From NCBI GenBank assembly GCA_950097015.1, contig CATNEN010000031.1:1240001-1304000 (forward strand): 64,000 bases of DNA, in the 5' to 3' direction. Shown piece after piece: positions 36,601-47,639 of the stretch (the first letter of the stretch is position 1; each line of letters opens with the position of its first letter). The translations under genes were made by a program, and so were the position numbers. The notes beneath the pieces are model-generated. The model made no database searches and was not told where the DNA came from. It saw only the letters and a program-made list of their open reading frames with translations. The stretch comes from Macrostomum hystrix (Eukaryota > Animalia > Platyhelminthes).

Positions 36601-39600
36601 GCAGGTAGGTAGGTAGGCCGGTAGGTAGATAGGCAAGTAGGTAGATAGGCAGGTAGGTACATAGGCAAGTAGGTAGATAGGCAGGTAGGTACATAGGCAG
36701 GTGGGTAGATAGGCAGGTGGGTAGATAGGCAAGTAGGTAGATAGGCAGGTGGGTAGATAGGCAGGTGGGTAGATAGGCAGGTGGGTAGATAGGCAGGTGG
36801 GTAGATAGGCAGGTAGGTACATAGGCAGGTGGGTAGATAGGCAGGTAGGTAGATAGGCAGGTAGGTAGGTAGGCCGGTAGGTAGATAGGCAAGTAGGTAG
36901 ATAGGCAGGTAGGTACATAGGCAAGTAGGTAGATAGGCAGGTAGGTACATAGGCAAGTAGGTAGATAGGCAGGTAGGTACATAGGCAGGTGGGTAGATAG
37001 GCAGGTGGGTAGATAGGCAAGTAGGTAGATAGGCAGGTGGGTAGATAGGCAGGTGGGTAGATAGGCAGGTGGGTAGATAGGCAGATGGGTAGATAGGTAA
37101 GTAGGTAGATAGGCAGGTAGGTACATAGGCAGGTGGGTAGATAGGCAGGTGGGTAGATAGGCAGGTAGATAGATAGGCAGGTAAATAAGATAGGCAGGTA
37201 GATAAGATTAGATAGGCAGTTAGACAAAATATAAAAGTAGGTAGATGTGTACTGTAAGAGTGTAGGTGAGACGGATACGTAGGGCGGGCTGTTAAATAGT
37301 ATGGTAGGCTTAGCTAGGCTTAGCTAGGGGGAAATGAATTAATGTAGTACTATTTGCTAGAGAAAGTATACGAGCAATTACTGCATACTGATTGGTATTG
37401 GCAATAAATAGCACTATAGGATTGTAAATATTTATAGCTGCCAAAAAGCAGAATGTTTTGAGCGCCATTTCCAGCATAACTCTAGTTCTACACCTATTAG
37501 ATTAGCCAACTCCGCAGGGTAAGCATTACTTCGCAGCTTTGGCGGAACAAATATAGTCAAGTTTTTTGTTATTTCGGGATTCCGTCTCCCCGGCTTCCAT
37601 GGCTTCTGTTTCTCACACCTCGGGCTTCGGGGTTATTAGTTACGAGCGTAGTTACTATTGGCAGCCAAGAGTACAGTTGTAATGAGCTAGCAGCTAAAAG
37701 AAAAACAACGCGCCTTATGAGTTAGTGTTTCCTTTGGGGAAATATATCGTATTTTCGCACTGCTGTAGCCAATTTGATCTAAATCATGGCTCACTGCATT
37801 TAACACCGCCCACGCTAGCATAAATTGCATTCCTTGTGCTGAGAAATTTTAGTTAGAACAATGGAATTAGTGGGACAGAAGGAGTGGGAGACAAGGGGAT
37901 GGAGAGAATGGGAGATGGGGAGAAAGGGGGATTGGGAGAAAGGGAGATGGGGAGAAAGGGAGATGGGGAGAAAGGGAGATAGCGAGAAAGCAAGATGGGG
38001 AGAAAGGGAGATGGGTAGAAATGAAGATGGGGAGAAAGGGAGATGGGGAGACAGGGAGATATGGAGAAAGGGAGATGGGGAGAAAGGGAGATAGCGAGAA
38101 AGCAAGATGGGGAGAAAGGGAGATAGCGAGAAAGCAAGATGGGGAGAAAGGGAGATGGGTAGAAATGAAGATGGGGAGAAAGGGAGATGGGGAGACAGGG
38201 AGATAGGGAGAAAGGGAGATGGGGAGAAATTAAGATGGGGAGAAAGGGAGATAGGAAAGATGGCTTGATGGAGAAGGGAGATGGAGAAAGGGAGATGAAA
38301 TGACATCTTAATGGGAAATTTAATATTTTCCGTAAATAAAATGCCAACAAATTTATTGTTGACAATAGCTCCTATCGCTTAATTCCCAAGAAGCGCGTCA
38401 GTACGCTGCGTTAACAGCACAAACCTTTTCCAGTTGTTCAAAGCAGCCAGCATGGATGATTATCTTGCAGGTGGTGCACTTCTTCTTCGAGCCCGTCTTC
38501 TGCGAATAAGCGAGTGTCATCAGGGTTGCTGGGGTCCGGGATAAAGACGTGAGAAACAAACAGTTTTGAGAAGGCTCTATCGACTCACGCAGCAGTCGGA
38601 CTCGCCGACATAGCAGAAGTCGCCGCTGGCACCGGTGTCAATCCAGATGTGCTCACCGTTGACCGCTGAGTCCTGTGGGTTAGTCGTGCAATTTTGTTGA
38701 CTTTAATCTGTCTTTTGCAAACAGTTACACGGATAACTAGTGTGTTTTGAGGACCAGGTAGCTAATGAAGTGTGGGGGAACCAGGTAGCTAATGAAGTGT
38801 GGGGGAACCAGGTAGCTAATGAAGTGTGGGGGAACCAGGTAGCTAATGGAGTGTGGGGGAACCAGGTAGCTAATGAAGTGTGGGGGAACCAGGTAGCTAA
38901 TGGAGTGTGGGGGAACCAGGTAGCTAATGGAGTGTGGGGGAACCAGGTAGCTAATGAAGTGTGGGGGAACCAGGTAGCTAATGGAGTGTGGGGGAACCAG
39001 GTAGCTAATGAAGTGTGGGGGAACCAGGTAGCTAATGGAGTGTGGGGGAACCAGGTAGCTAATGGAGTGTGGGGGAACCAGGTAGCTAATGAAGTGTGGG
39101 GAACCAGGTAGCTAATGAAGTGGGAGAATGGAGTGTGAGGGAACCAGATTGTTTGGTGAACTGAAGAAATGCCTTGCTAAAATGTCTTGCTCAAAGACAA
39201 ATAAATTCACAGTGGAGTTAGGATTCGAACCCCCGCTCTAATCACTATGCTACATCCCATTTAGCTGTTTGAAATGACAATGAAAATGTTTTGAACTTAT
39301 AAAACAGAAAAGTATTATTTCCATAGAAAACTGTAAAAAGCCTTCGACTATCAACTTATCAGTGTAGAAGCTTTTGAAACAGAGCTGGTGCTTAATGCAA
39401 GATGTTGGTGTTAGGGTAGGGCATGCATGTAGCAGCGCGTGTGTTTCACACCCACTTTTTGGACACATCTGTTTATGCGTTGCCCAACCTGATGGCTGGC
39501 AACATGCGAAATAAAACAGACTAGTTAGCAACTTTCCTATCACACGGGCTAGATCCATGCAACCGCCAACTATAACTTATGTGTTTACATAATTGTTGTT

Positions 39601-41088
39601 CAGTTAGTTGACTAAGATAAAAGCTTTGCATTTGTGCCACACAGTCGCAGTTTTCGGCCCTAATTGATTACAATCTTAGACTTGCTCTACACCCCCAAAA
39701 GCTTAAGTTAGACAAGTTTACTATAAAATCCATTTTGCCACCTGTTTAGCGCCTCGAGTCAATAAGATAAGAATATTAGTCAGCCAGCGAACTCGTGTGA
39801 ATCATAGGTAAGTCTCCAATCTTCACTGGTGTGCTCGAATTCGAGTGTAGAAGAAGCATTTTATTTTGTTGCTGTTTTAACACTTCAAATGCGAATTGTT
39901 TTTTACCCTTCCACCTTTAACTTGCGGACTAAGCTTAACTGTCAGCTTATCGCTAATGCTGTGCTCAGTCGTCTCAACTGTCTCTAGAAACTTCATAGGC
40001 CTTGTGTGACTCGATTAATCTAGCATTATCTACTAGACTGCCGTCTGTCCTAACTGAGCAAACATTGGATGTAACTGAGCAGTGCCTATACAATATAGCA
40101 GTCAAAATGTGATCTTCAAAGCTACACTATATAGCTATGCCAACCTATTTATTGATTGCGAAAGCCAGAATTCACTGTAGCATAGCTGCCCGTGAGCGGT
40201 AGGGAAAGACAAGAGGAGGGACTCCGTTAGATTAGATAGCGATACGCTCTCCGGGCCAGAGCATAAATCCGAGCCAGTTGGCACCGAGACTCGGCACCCG
40301 AAACCCGCGACTCGAATTGCAGCAGAAACGCCCCTAGACTATTTGTCGAAACGCAACCAAGATGTCTGCAGGAGGATTCGCCGGCAAGTGGAAGCTGAAG
40401 GACTCGCAGAACTTCGACGAGTACATGAAGGCCCTGGGTGTCGGCCTGGTGATGCGGACAGCCGGAGCCACCGCCAAGCCCGTCCAGGAGATCAGCGAGG
40501 CGAACGGCCAGTGGACCATCAAGACCGTCTCCACCTTCAAGTCGGCTGAGGTCACTTTCACTCTGGGCCAGCCCTTCGATGAGACCACCGCCGATGGACG
40601 GCAGGTCAAGTCCACCATCCGCCTCGAGGGCAACCGCCTGATTCACGAGCAGAAGGGTGAAACGGACTCCACCATCATCAGGGAGCTGGAGGCCGATGGC
40701 AAGCACTTCACAATGACCCTGGAGGCCAAGGGTGTCGTCTGCACCAGGAAGTACGAGAAGGATGACTGAACGGGCCTTCAACCAGCATGGATTGTGCAAT
40801 GGCATTGATTAACTCAGCCAGTCATTTAAATTGTTTTCTAAAGCAGACAATATTTGAACCAATCATCAGCATCTAATTATAAGGAAGCTTTATACTTCCA
40901 GTGCTCAGGCAACTGATGCAACTCTGTCATTGCTAATAATAGCGAAATAAAACGTACTAGTTTAGCGAATTTCCTATCACAAGTAGGCCCTTCTTTCTGA
41001 ATGGCTAGTTATTCAATTTTGCTTTTTATCGATTTTTCGTTCGATCTTGATGCTCACCGACCAGTCGACTGAGGTTTTCCAAGACTTC

Positions 41089-41139
<51 letters not shown>

Positions 41140-43440
41140 TCATCAGCGTGCTGATAGCCCGGGTGCAAGAAGCACAACTGGGAGTTCTGAGCTGGGCCCG
41201 AAGTTGCGCCAGAGTTTGCTCGACTACTGAAATGGGAAACGACGTTTTTTATATCAATAAAATACCAGCCAGTTACTAACCAAAATACGTACATTGAATA
41301 CCGAATGCCTAATGTATGGAAAAATATAATACTATATTATATATTATAATATAATATAGTACATTGTAGAAATAGTCTCGATACTTAGATAATAATTAAA
41401 AAATTACAATTCGTTGTTTGTAACAAAAAAACAAAAACAACTGTTCAGGCGATTCGACTGGAGTCTCCTTCGGAGGGGTTTCCGTTTTTTGAAGCTACAC
41501 AAAAAGTTCATTGTCATTTTCCATTCCAAACCAAACTATTTTGAATTGAAAAGATACTCGTATGTAATTTGCATTTATTGAAGAAGCCCGCGGATAAAAA
41601 ATATTTTTATTTCACTCTCTCAGAAAGCGAAAAAGCATTTTTCTTTACTACTTATTGCTTAGCAATGCTTTGTACCGAATCATAGTATCCAGTTCAGGTT
41701 TGAAATAAAACCCATACAACATACTGCAGCCTAAATCTATATCTTATGGGAAGTTATGCATAAGTCTTAATGGACTTGTTCTATCAATTGTCAAATAAAA
41801 TACTCGTTAATTAATTATCCTCTTTAACCTGACCAGGTAGTTATCCTATAACCTGACCAGATAGTTATCCTATAACCTGACCAGGTAATTATCCTATAAC
41901 CTGACCAGGTAGTTATCCTATAACCTGACCAGGTAGTTATCCTATAACCTGACCGGGTAGTTATCCTATAACCTGACCAGGTAGTTATCCTATAACCTGA
42001 CCAGGTAATTATCCTATAACCTGACCAGGTAATTATCCTATAACCTGACCAGGTAGTTATCCTATAACCTGACCAGGTAATAATCCTATAACCTGACCAG
42101 GTAGTTATCCTATAACCTGACCAGATAGTTATCCTAAAACCTGACCAGGTAGTTATCCTATAACCTGACCAGGTAATTATCCTATAACCTGACCAGGTAG
42201 TTATCCTATAACCTGACCAGGTAGTTATCCTATAACCTGACCAGGTAATTATCCTATAACCTGACCAGGTAGTTATCCTATAACCTGACCAGGTAGTTAT
42301 CCTATAACCTGACCAGCTAATTATCCTATAACCTGACCGGGTAATTATCCTATAACCTGACCAGGTAATTATCCTATAACCTGACCAGGTAGTTATCCTA
42401 TAACCTGACCAGGTAGTTATCCTATAACCTGACCAGGTAATTATTCTATAACCTGACCAGGTAGTTATCCTATAACCTGACCAGCTAATTATGCTCTAAC
42501 CTGACCAGCTAATTATCCTCTATCCTAGCCTAATAGTTACACTCTAACCTCTACTGTTATTTTTACTCAAATCAAAGTTTCGGTTTGAGCCAGCAATCCG
42601 GCTGCGGTCGGACTCACTACCCGGGCTCAGCGTTTCGCGTAGTGTGCCGATTGCAGGTGGCCACATCGATTGAGGAGGCGCGTTGCTTCGCGCCCCCGGC
42701 GGAATCGACATCGAGGCAGCCCGTCTCTCGCTGCCTGACAGCGCAACAGGAGCTAGTGACAGCGTCTGTGGCGGGTCGCCGCCAGCTGGCCTCGTCCAAG
42801 GAGCCGGTGCGGCAGCCGACTGGCGGGCAGTTGAAGGCGCCGGGAACCTGGAGGAAGTTTCCAGAGGCTGTCGGAGCAGCGACAGCCGCTGTGCATTTGA
42901 CCCGTCGACTATCTTCCGTGGCGTCGTCGGACGATAAGAATAGCGAGTCGGAGGAGGTTCTGGAGCCGCCGGAAGCCTTGGCGGCATCCTCTAGGTAGGC
43001 GCAGTGGACGCAAACCTTTGGCAGTTCGAGCGAACGGCCGCGCTTCCGACCCAATCCTGTGGGCAAGGTGAGTCGATTGAAGATTCCGCTGCCGCTGCTG
43101 CCGCTACCGCTTCGAACTCCAGAGCTGCCGCCGCCGTTGCCCCCGCCGCTGACGCTGCAGCTGCAGCGTCCGTCGCCGCCTTTTGCGGCCTCTGACGAGC
43201 TTGGCGACGCAGACTCCTCAAGGCAGGCCACATCGTAGCTATTCGAGCGGTGCTTCGAGCTGCTGTACGTGTTACTCAAGTCCAGCCTCGATGTCTCATC
43301 GAGACTCGGTGACGGCTGCTCCGCTTGTCCGCTAGCTGCCGACAAACCTTCCGACTGGAGATGGTCGACGGAGGCTCCCAGTGCGCAGGGCGCAGCCGGC
43401 TCCACCACGATTGGAATGAGCTGACGGCATGACGCCTCTG

Positions 43441-43487
<47 letters not shown>

Positions 43488-43531
43488 TTCTGCTTGCTTG
43501 GGGACCACTGGCAAAGACCCTTGAATGGCAT
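18699..43531 (-). CDS. DGKZ: Type IV diacylglycerol kinase (DGKzeta/iota/rdgA-like), ~1301 aa; exons 43531-42621, 41226-41058, 38672-38589, 38499-38425, 36388-36314, 36152-36087, 34313-34004, 33282-32829, 30487-30294, 29882-29827, 29405-29343, 27237-27052, 26658-26572, 25595-25483, 23594-23458, 22611-22532, 22456-22393, 22032-21762, 20366-20110, 19464-19264, 18751-18699
   Basis: 21 exons, phases consistent, 3906 nt. [14 protein letters not shown], two atypical C1 domains ([13 protein letters not shown]), MARCKS-like basic stretch ([11 protein letters not shown]), catalytic [12 protein letters not shown] / CGGDGTAGW / [11 protein letters not shown] / NNYFSLG / IQIDGEPW, ankyrin repeats and the PDZ-binding end ENQETAV, as recalled for human DGKZ (EDQETAV). 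The exon-1 donor (GG|GTAGTG) is the least certain junction. Confidence 0.95.
18815..19190. repeat. 38-bp minisatellite (CCCCATGAGGTAGCGAGGATCACTGCTCACTCTCAAGT) in the last DGK intron
   Basis: About 10 units, period 38 (18854 to 18892). Confidence 0.95.
19540..19890. repeat. Degenerate 17-bp C-rich array (CAACACCCACCTCACTC)
   Basis: Same family as 21310-21500 and, inverted, 22045-22225. Confidence 0.85.
21310..21500. repeat. 17-bp C-rich array (AACACCCACCTCACTTT)
   Basis: Tandem units in DGK intron 18. Confidence 0.85.
22045..22225. repeat. 16-bp G-rich array (GAGTGAGGTGGGTGTG), inverse of the 17-bp family
   Basis: Reverse complement CACACCCACCTCACTC; abuts the acceptor at 22033. Confidence 0.9.
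23630..25035. repeat. 21-bp minisatellite (CTGTTAGACACAGTATCCAAT)
   Basis: About 65 units; source of the SNRLDTV ORF. Confidence 0.97.
25635..26360. repeat. 22-bp minisatellite (GGGCCTGAATCAATCATCCTCA)
   Basis: Tandem units that become more degenerate rightward. Confidence 0.95.
27285..29330. repeat. 21-bp minisatellite (CTAGTGTTAGACAGGAGTACT)
   Basis: About 97 units; source of several ~700-aa repetitive ORFs on both strands. Confidence 0.97.
30060..30288. repeat. 36-bp minisatellite (GTAGGTAGGTAGGACAGTGGGTGGATGGGGTGGCTG)
   Basis: Starts immediately after the DGK donor at 30293. Confidence 0.92.
30585..31985. repeat. 23-bp minisatellite (CCCTAACCCTGAAGGCCTGTCCA)
   Basis: Period 23 (30721 to 30744); contains CCCTAA. 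Confidence 0.96.
32385..32810. repeat. 23-bp minisatellite (GCAGGCAGGAGAGTGACAGTCAT)
   Basis: Period 23 (32701 to 32724). Confidence 0.93.
33353..33997. repeat. Two related 16-bp arrays (ACAACCCTTCATTTCT 33353-33595; TCAACCCCTCATCCCT 33685-33997)
   Basis: Both period 16 with a shared CAACCC-TCAT core, in one intron. Confidence 0.92.
34408..35515. repeat. 19-bp minisatellite (GGGATTATCTGTTTATCAT)
   Basis: About 58 units. Confidence 0.96.
36595..37220. repeat. 16-bp purine-rich array (AGGTAGGTAGATAGGC)
   Basis: Tandem units. Confidence 0.93.
37900..38290. repeat. 16-bp polypurine array (GGGAGATGGGGAGAAA)
   Basis: Tandem units with dense G-runs. Confidence 0.92.
38753..39120. repeat. 27-bp minisatellite (CCAGGTAGCTAATG(A/G)AGTGTGGGGGAA)
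   Basis: About 13 units. Confidence 0.94.
39150..39250 (-). mobile_element. Decayed fragment of the same SINE family
   Basis: GAACTGAAGAAATG..TGTCTTGCTCAAAGACA..GGATTCGAACCCCCG..CTAATCACTATGCTAC aligns by eye to 50860-50980. Confidence 0.6.
40362..40769 (+). CDS. FABP: Intronless fatty acid-binding protein (135 aa), nested antisense in DGK intron 2
   Basis: [23 protein letters not shown] signature, [22 protein letters not shown]-terminal VVCTRKY; AATAAA at 40946. Confidence 0.96.
   Translation: MSAGGFAGKWKLKDSQNFDEYMKALGVGLVMRTAGATAKPVQEISEANGQWTIKTVSTFKSAEVTFTLGQPFDETTADGRQVKSTIRLEGNRLIHEQKGETDSTIIRELEADGKHFTMTLEAKGVVCTRKYEKDD
41091..41135 (-). repeat. (CAG)15 coding polyQ tract in DGK exon 2
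   Basis: Pure CTG run on +, in frame within the exon ending [11 protein letters not shown]. Confidence 0.85.
41825..42515. repeat. 24-bp minisatellite (ACCTGACCAGGTAGTTATCCTATA) with internal dyad symmetry
   Basis: Period 24 (41881 to 41905). Confidence 0.95.
43441..43485 (-). repeat. (CAG)15 coding polyQ tract in DGK exon 1
   Basis: Pure CTG run on +, in frame in ORF 42617-43531. Confidence 0.8.
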
Positions 43532-44064
43532 GTCTATCGCTGGGTCGCTGTGGCCCCTATCCCAGTTGAGCTTTCCGGGAACTGCTTGACATTTATAGTC
43601 TCGCCTTAGCCATTTAAGGCCACCTGCTAGAGATCTCGCGACACGCTGCGGCCTAGTTGGGATTGACCCATGGAGGGGGCTGGGGTGGCACTGTCCAGTG
43701 GGATCTCAGATAAGGAAGCTGCCCGCTTTCCTGTTGTCTGCTTCCCCTAGGAATTGATTTGGATAGCGAAGGGGATTCGTCACGTTGCCCATTGGGCGAG
43801 CTAGAAGTGACTAGGCTGCGTAGGGAAAATGAGCGCGGAGACCAGGCGGAGTGACACTTAAGCAGCGAAGGAAAACTGCCTGACAGTCTCCCAGAATGCT
43901 AACAAGATGAGATGGGAAATTAATTTTTCCGCCCGTGTCTTGATGGCAAAGATGAATCATAGAGGAGTTGGACTTAACTTATCAGAACGGGATTGTATCG
44001 CCTGGGATGGCGTGAATATTTTACTTGGCATTCCAAAATTCCCATTCTAAAATCACAAATCGGA

Positions 44065-44620
44065 AAGGTGGCAAAGGGGGGAGAAGATACAGGCAAAGGG
44101 GGGAGAAGATACATGCAAAGGGGGGAGAAGATACAGGCAAAGGGGGGAGAAGATACAGGCAAAGGGGGGAGAAGATACAGGCAAAGGGGGGAGAAGATAC
44201 AGGCAAAGGGGGGAGAAGATACAGGCAGTGGGGAGAGCAGATACAGCGAGTGGGGAGAGAAGATACAGGCAGTGGGGAGAGAAGATACAGGCAGTGGGGA
44301 GAGCAGATACAGGCAGTGGGGAGAGCAGATACAGGCAGTGTGGGGAGAGGAGATACAGGCAGTGGGGGGAGCAGATACAGGCAGTGGGGAGAGCAGATAC
44401 AGGCAGTGGGGAGAGCAGATACAGCGAGTGGGGAGAGCAGATACAGGCAGTGGGGAGAGAAGATACCGGCAGTGGGGAGAGCAGATACAGGCAGTGGGGA
44501 GAGCAGATACAGGCAGTGGGGAGAGCAGATACAGGCAGTGGTGAGAGAAGGTACAGGGAGTGGGGGAGAGAAGGTACAGGCAGTGGGGAGAGAAGGTACA
44601 GTGAGTGGTGAGAGAAGGTA
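44065..44620. repeat. 22-bp G-rich composite array (GGGGGGAGAAGATACAGGCAAA grading into GCAGATACAGGCAGTGGGGAGA)
   Basis: Period 22; the unit changes gradually along the array. Confidence 0.92.
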
Positions 44621-45464
44621 CATGGGTTTAGCTTATTTAGTTTTTTCGTCAAAATGACCCAATGCGCTGATTGCACTACTAGCAGCAGTAGACAGTGTTT
44701 ATCTTTTTAAAAAAATGTGCTTGGAGATTAGGAAAAGATCGGTTGCAAATACTGTAATGTATGGCCAGAACATTCTGATCCCAGTTTAGCATAAAGCAGA
44801 TCTTAGAGGACCGTCTTCATCAGCTCTAGCTGGGATTTTTTATTAGCTTGAGGCTCCGCTTCAAAGGCTTCAATTTCGAAGTAGTTGAAAGATGAAAGTT
44901 GAACAGCTTTCTCACTGACAGCGAAAGGCGGATAATCTTCAGCAGGATCTCCCGGCAGATTTTGCTCCAGGAGTTCTTGGAGAGCGCTGAGAGATAGAGA
45001 GTGAGCAGTAGGATGCAGGGAGGGATCTTTCGGACGAAGAAAAAATATATTCAGCCCACAATTTATGATCCTAAGGCCGGGACTGTTGCTGCCACGTCTA
45101 AGGCGCGATAAAGTATTTAATCTCTGGGCAAACACTGGGACCGCTCCGACCGTTTTCCAGGCCCCTTCAACACACTGTACATTGAGCCGGCTGTAGCAGC
45201 CGGGTTGCCAAACATGTAGCAAGACTGGCTTTTACAATTTAATTTCCAATCCAAGGACTAGTAAAATGACAAATTAGCATGCGCTACCCAGATGCAAAAT
45301 TTCAACATCGATATTTGGGATAAGGATTGATTTGTCGAAAAATTGAACTAGTCAGTTTTTGAGCATCATAGTTCAATAAATTGGATGCTAGTCACACTGT
45401 ATTTCTGTATTTCTGTTTTTCTGTTTTTTTAGACCCATCAACTTTCCAAGAGACCGCAAAACCC

Positions 45465-45790
45465 CTGTGCTGTCATCCCACTACCCCTGTGCTGTCTCTG
45501 AAACCCCTGTGCTGTCTCTGAAACCCCTGTGCTGTCTCTGAAACCCCTGTGCTGTCTCTGAAACCACTGGGCTGTCTCTGAAACCCCTGTGCTGTCTCTG
45601 AAACCCCTGTGCTGTCTCTGAAACCCCTGTGCTGTCTCTGAAACCCCTGTGCTGTCTCTGAAACCCATGTGCTGTCTCTGAAACCCCAGTGCTGTCTCTG
45701 AAACCCCTGTGCTGTCTCTGAAACCCATGTGCTGTCTCTGAAACCCCAGTGCTGTCTCTGAAACCCCTGTGCTGTCTCTGAAACCCCAGT
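45465..45790. repeat. 20-bp minisatellite (AAACCCCTGTGCTGTCTCTG)
   Basis: About 16 units. Confidence 0.94.
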
Positions 45791-46369
45791 GCTATCATCA
45801 CACTACGCCGGTGCTGTCATCTCACTACAACATGTGCTGTCCTTACACAACCCCTGTGCTGTCATCTCAGTACGCCTGTACTGTGCTTACCTGTGGGCTG
45901 GATACGGCACACCAAAATGCAGCATATAGTAGATTATTTAAAAATCAGAATTTCTTATGCGCTCTTTAGGTGATTGAGTGGTGCTTGATGGTATCTGCAA
46001 CTGGCAGCATCGGCTTCTGTCCTGCCTGCCACTGCTGCCGCAGGAAATGAGCGAATCAGTCACGAAATGTGAAGCCAGAAAAGGCACCCGGGTCGGTGCG
46101 GCCAGTCGGAGAACTACGAGTATAAATAAGCTCTGCAGGCAACAGATTGAGCCCAGGATCAGGCGGGCTTTCAGGGCCGAGCGGAAATTACTCTCTTCTT
46201 TTGAATGAGACAAAAAATACTGTCCAGATGAACTGCTAGACGGATGCACTTTCTAGCGAGAATAATAGGCAAAGCGGCTGATGATTTGATCGAACAGGAA
46301 CAACAACAGTTTTTATAGAGTTTAGGCACAGTGGCAAAAGGCAACGATACTGGGTCTTTAATTGACAGG

Positions 46370-46925
46370 TGAGAATATTTGCAGCTAATTGATTGCCCGA
46401 TGAGAAAACTTCCAGGCTTCTAATTGACAGGTGAGAAAATGTCGGATCTTCAACTTTAAGTTATTAAAAGTGTCAGAACTTTAACGTATGGGCAATAAAA
46501 TTGTCGCAATTTCAACTTAAGTGGAAAAAGTATTGGATCTTTAACTTACAGGCAATAAAAATGTCGGATATTTAATTTAGGGCTAATTAAAAGTGTTTCG
46601 ACTTAAACTGAAAACGAAAAAAAACTGGCAGGTTTATAACCGACAGGTGAGAAAGTGTCGGCTCTTAAACTTAACGGTAATAAAAGTGTCGGGAGTTCGA
46701 TTTAAAGTCTAGAAAACTATTGGTAATAAAATGTCGAATCATTAATTTAAGGGTAATGAAAGTGTCGGATCTTCAACTTACAGGTAGTAAAAATGTCGGA
46801 TCTTCAATCTAAGGGTAATAAAATTCTCGGGACTTCAATTTTAGATAGAAAAAACTGCCAGATCTATGACAGACAAGTGCAAAAGACTGTTAACTGTCGG
46901 TTCTGCAATTGACAGGTGAAACATT
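46370..46925. repeat. Old degenerate tandem repeat (recurring ACAGGTGAGAAAA and AATAAAAGTGTCGGATCTTCAACTT motifs)
   Basis: Motifs recur about every 40-45 bp with high divergence. Confidence 0.6.
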
Positions 46926-47639
46926 TCCCCAGATTGTGTGCAAAACAGGTGAGACAATTAAGCACGTGACCTTAGACTATGATTATTAGCAAGACACAGT
47001 ACTTACTGGCTTTCTTGCTGCGCTAAACATTTTTTCTGGTGTCACTAAAACTGGGAGACAACTGACTCCAGTGTGTGTGTTCCCCCCATTAGTGAGTATC
47101 CCATGGCGATGAGTCTCATGAGTAGTTCTCATCTGTCTGCTATAGCCTCTGCTACAATCCTATAAGAGGCTTTAGAGCATATCGGAGACTTACAACAGGG
47201 AAATCAGATATTTCCGCGACGAGACCTATTTGCTGTAGGCTGCGATGTGTAAGTCCGGGGTGGGGCAGGAGCAGAGAGAACAAGACGCGATGCCCCGCCC
47301 GTTCACAGAGCATCGACTCGCACTTAAAAGAATCAAATACAAGCGATATCACATTGCACTGGCCGACTGAACTCAATTGCCGGGTTTGACTACCTGGCCA
47401 AATATTGAGTAAATGGCAATGTGCTCTTACTGGGTAAATGCGGGAGCAGCAATACATTATAGCTACACACTGGTATAATGCTGAGCATGCTTTGAGTATA
47501 TAAGGCTCGTTGACTGTATCTAACATAATTTAAGACCGCACCGTCTATTATTGTCATTGCCCTATTGCTCTACTGATTAATTAAGATATAATCCACGTAA
47601 CCTTCTGATTTAAATTTAAGATAGGATTCTAGCGGAAAT

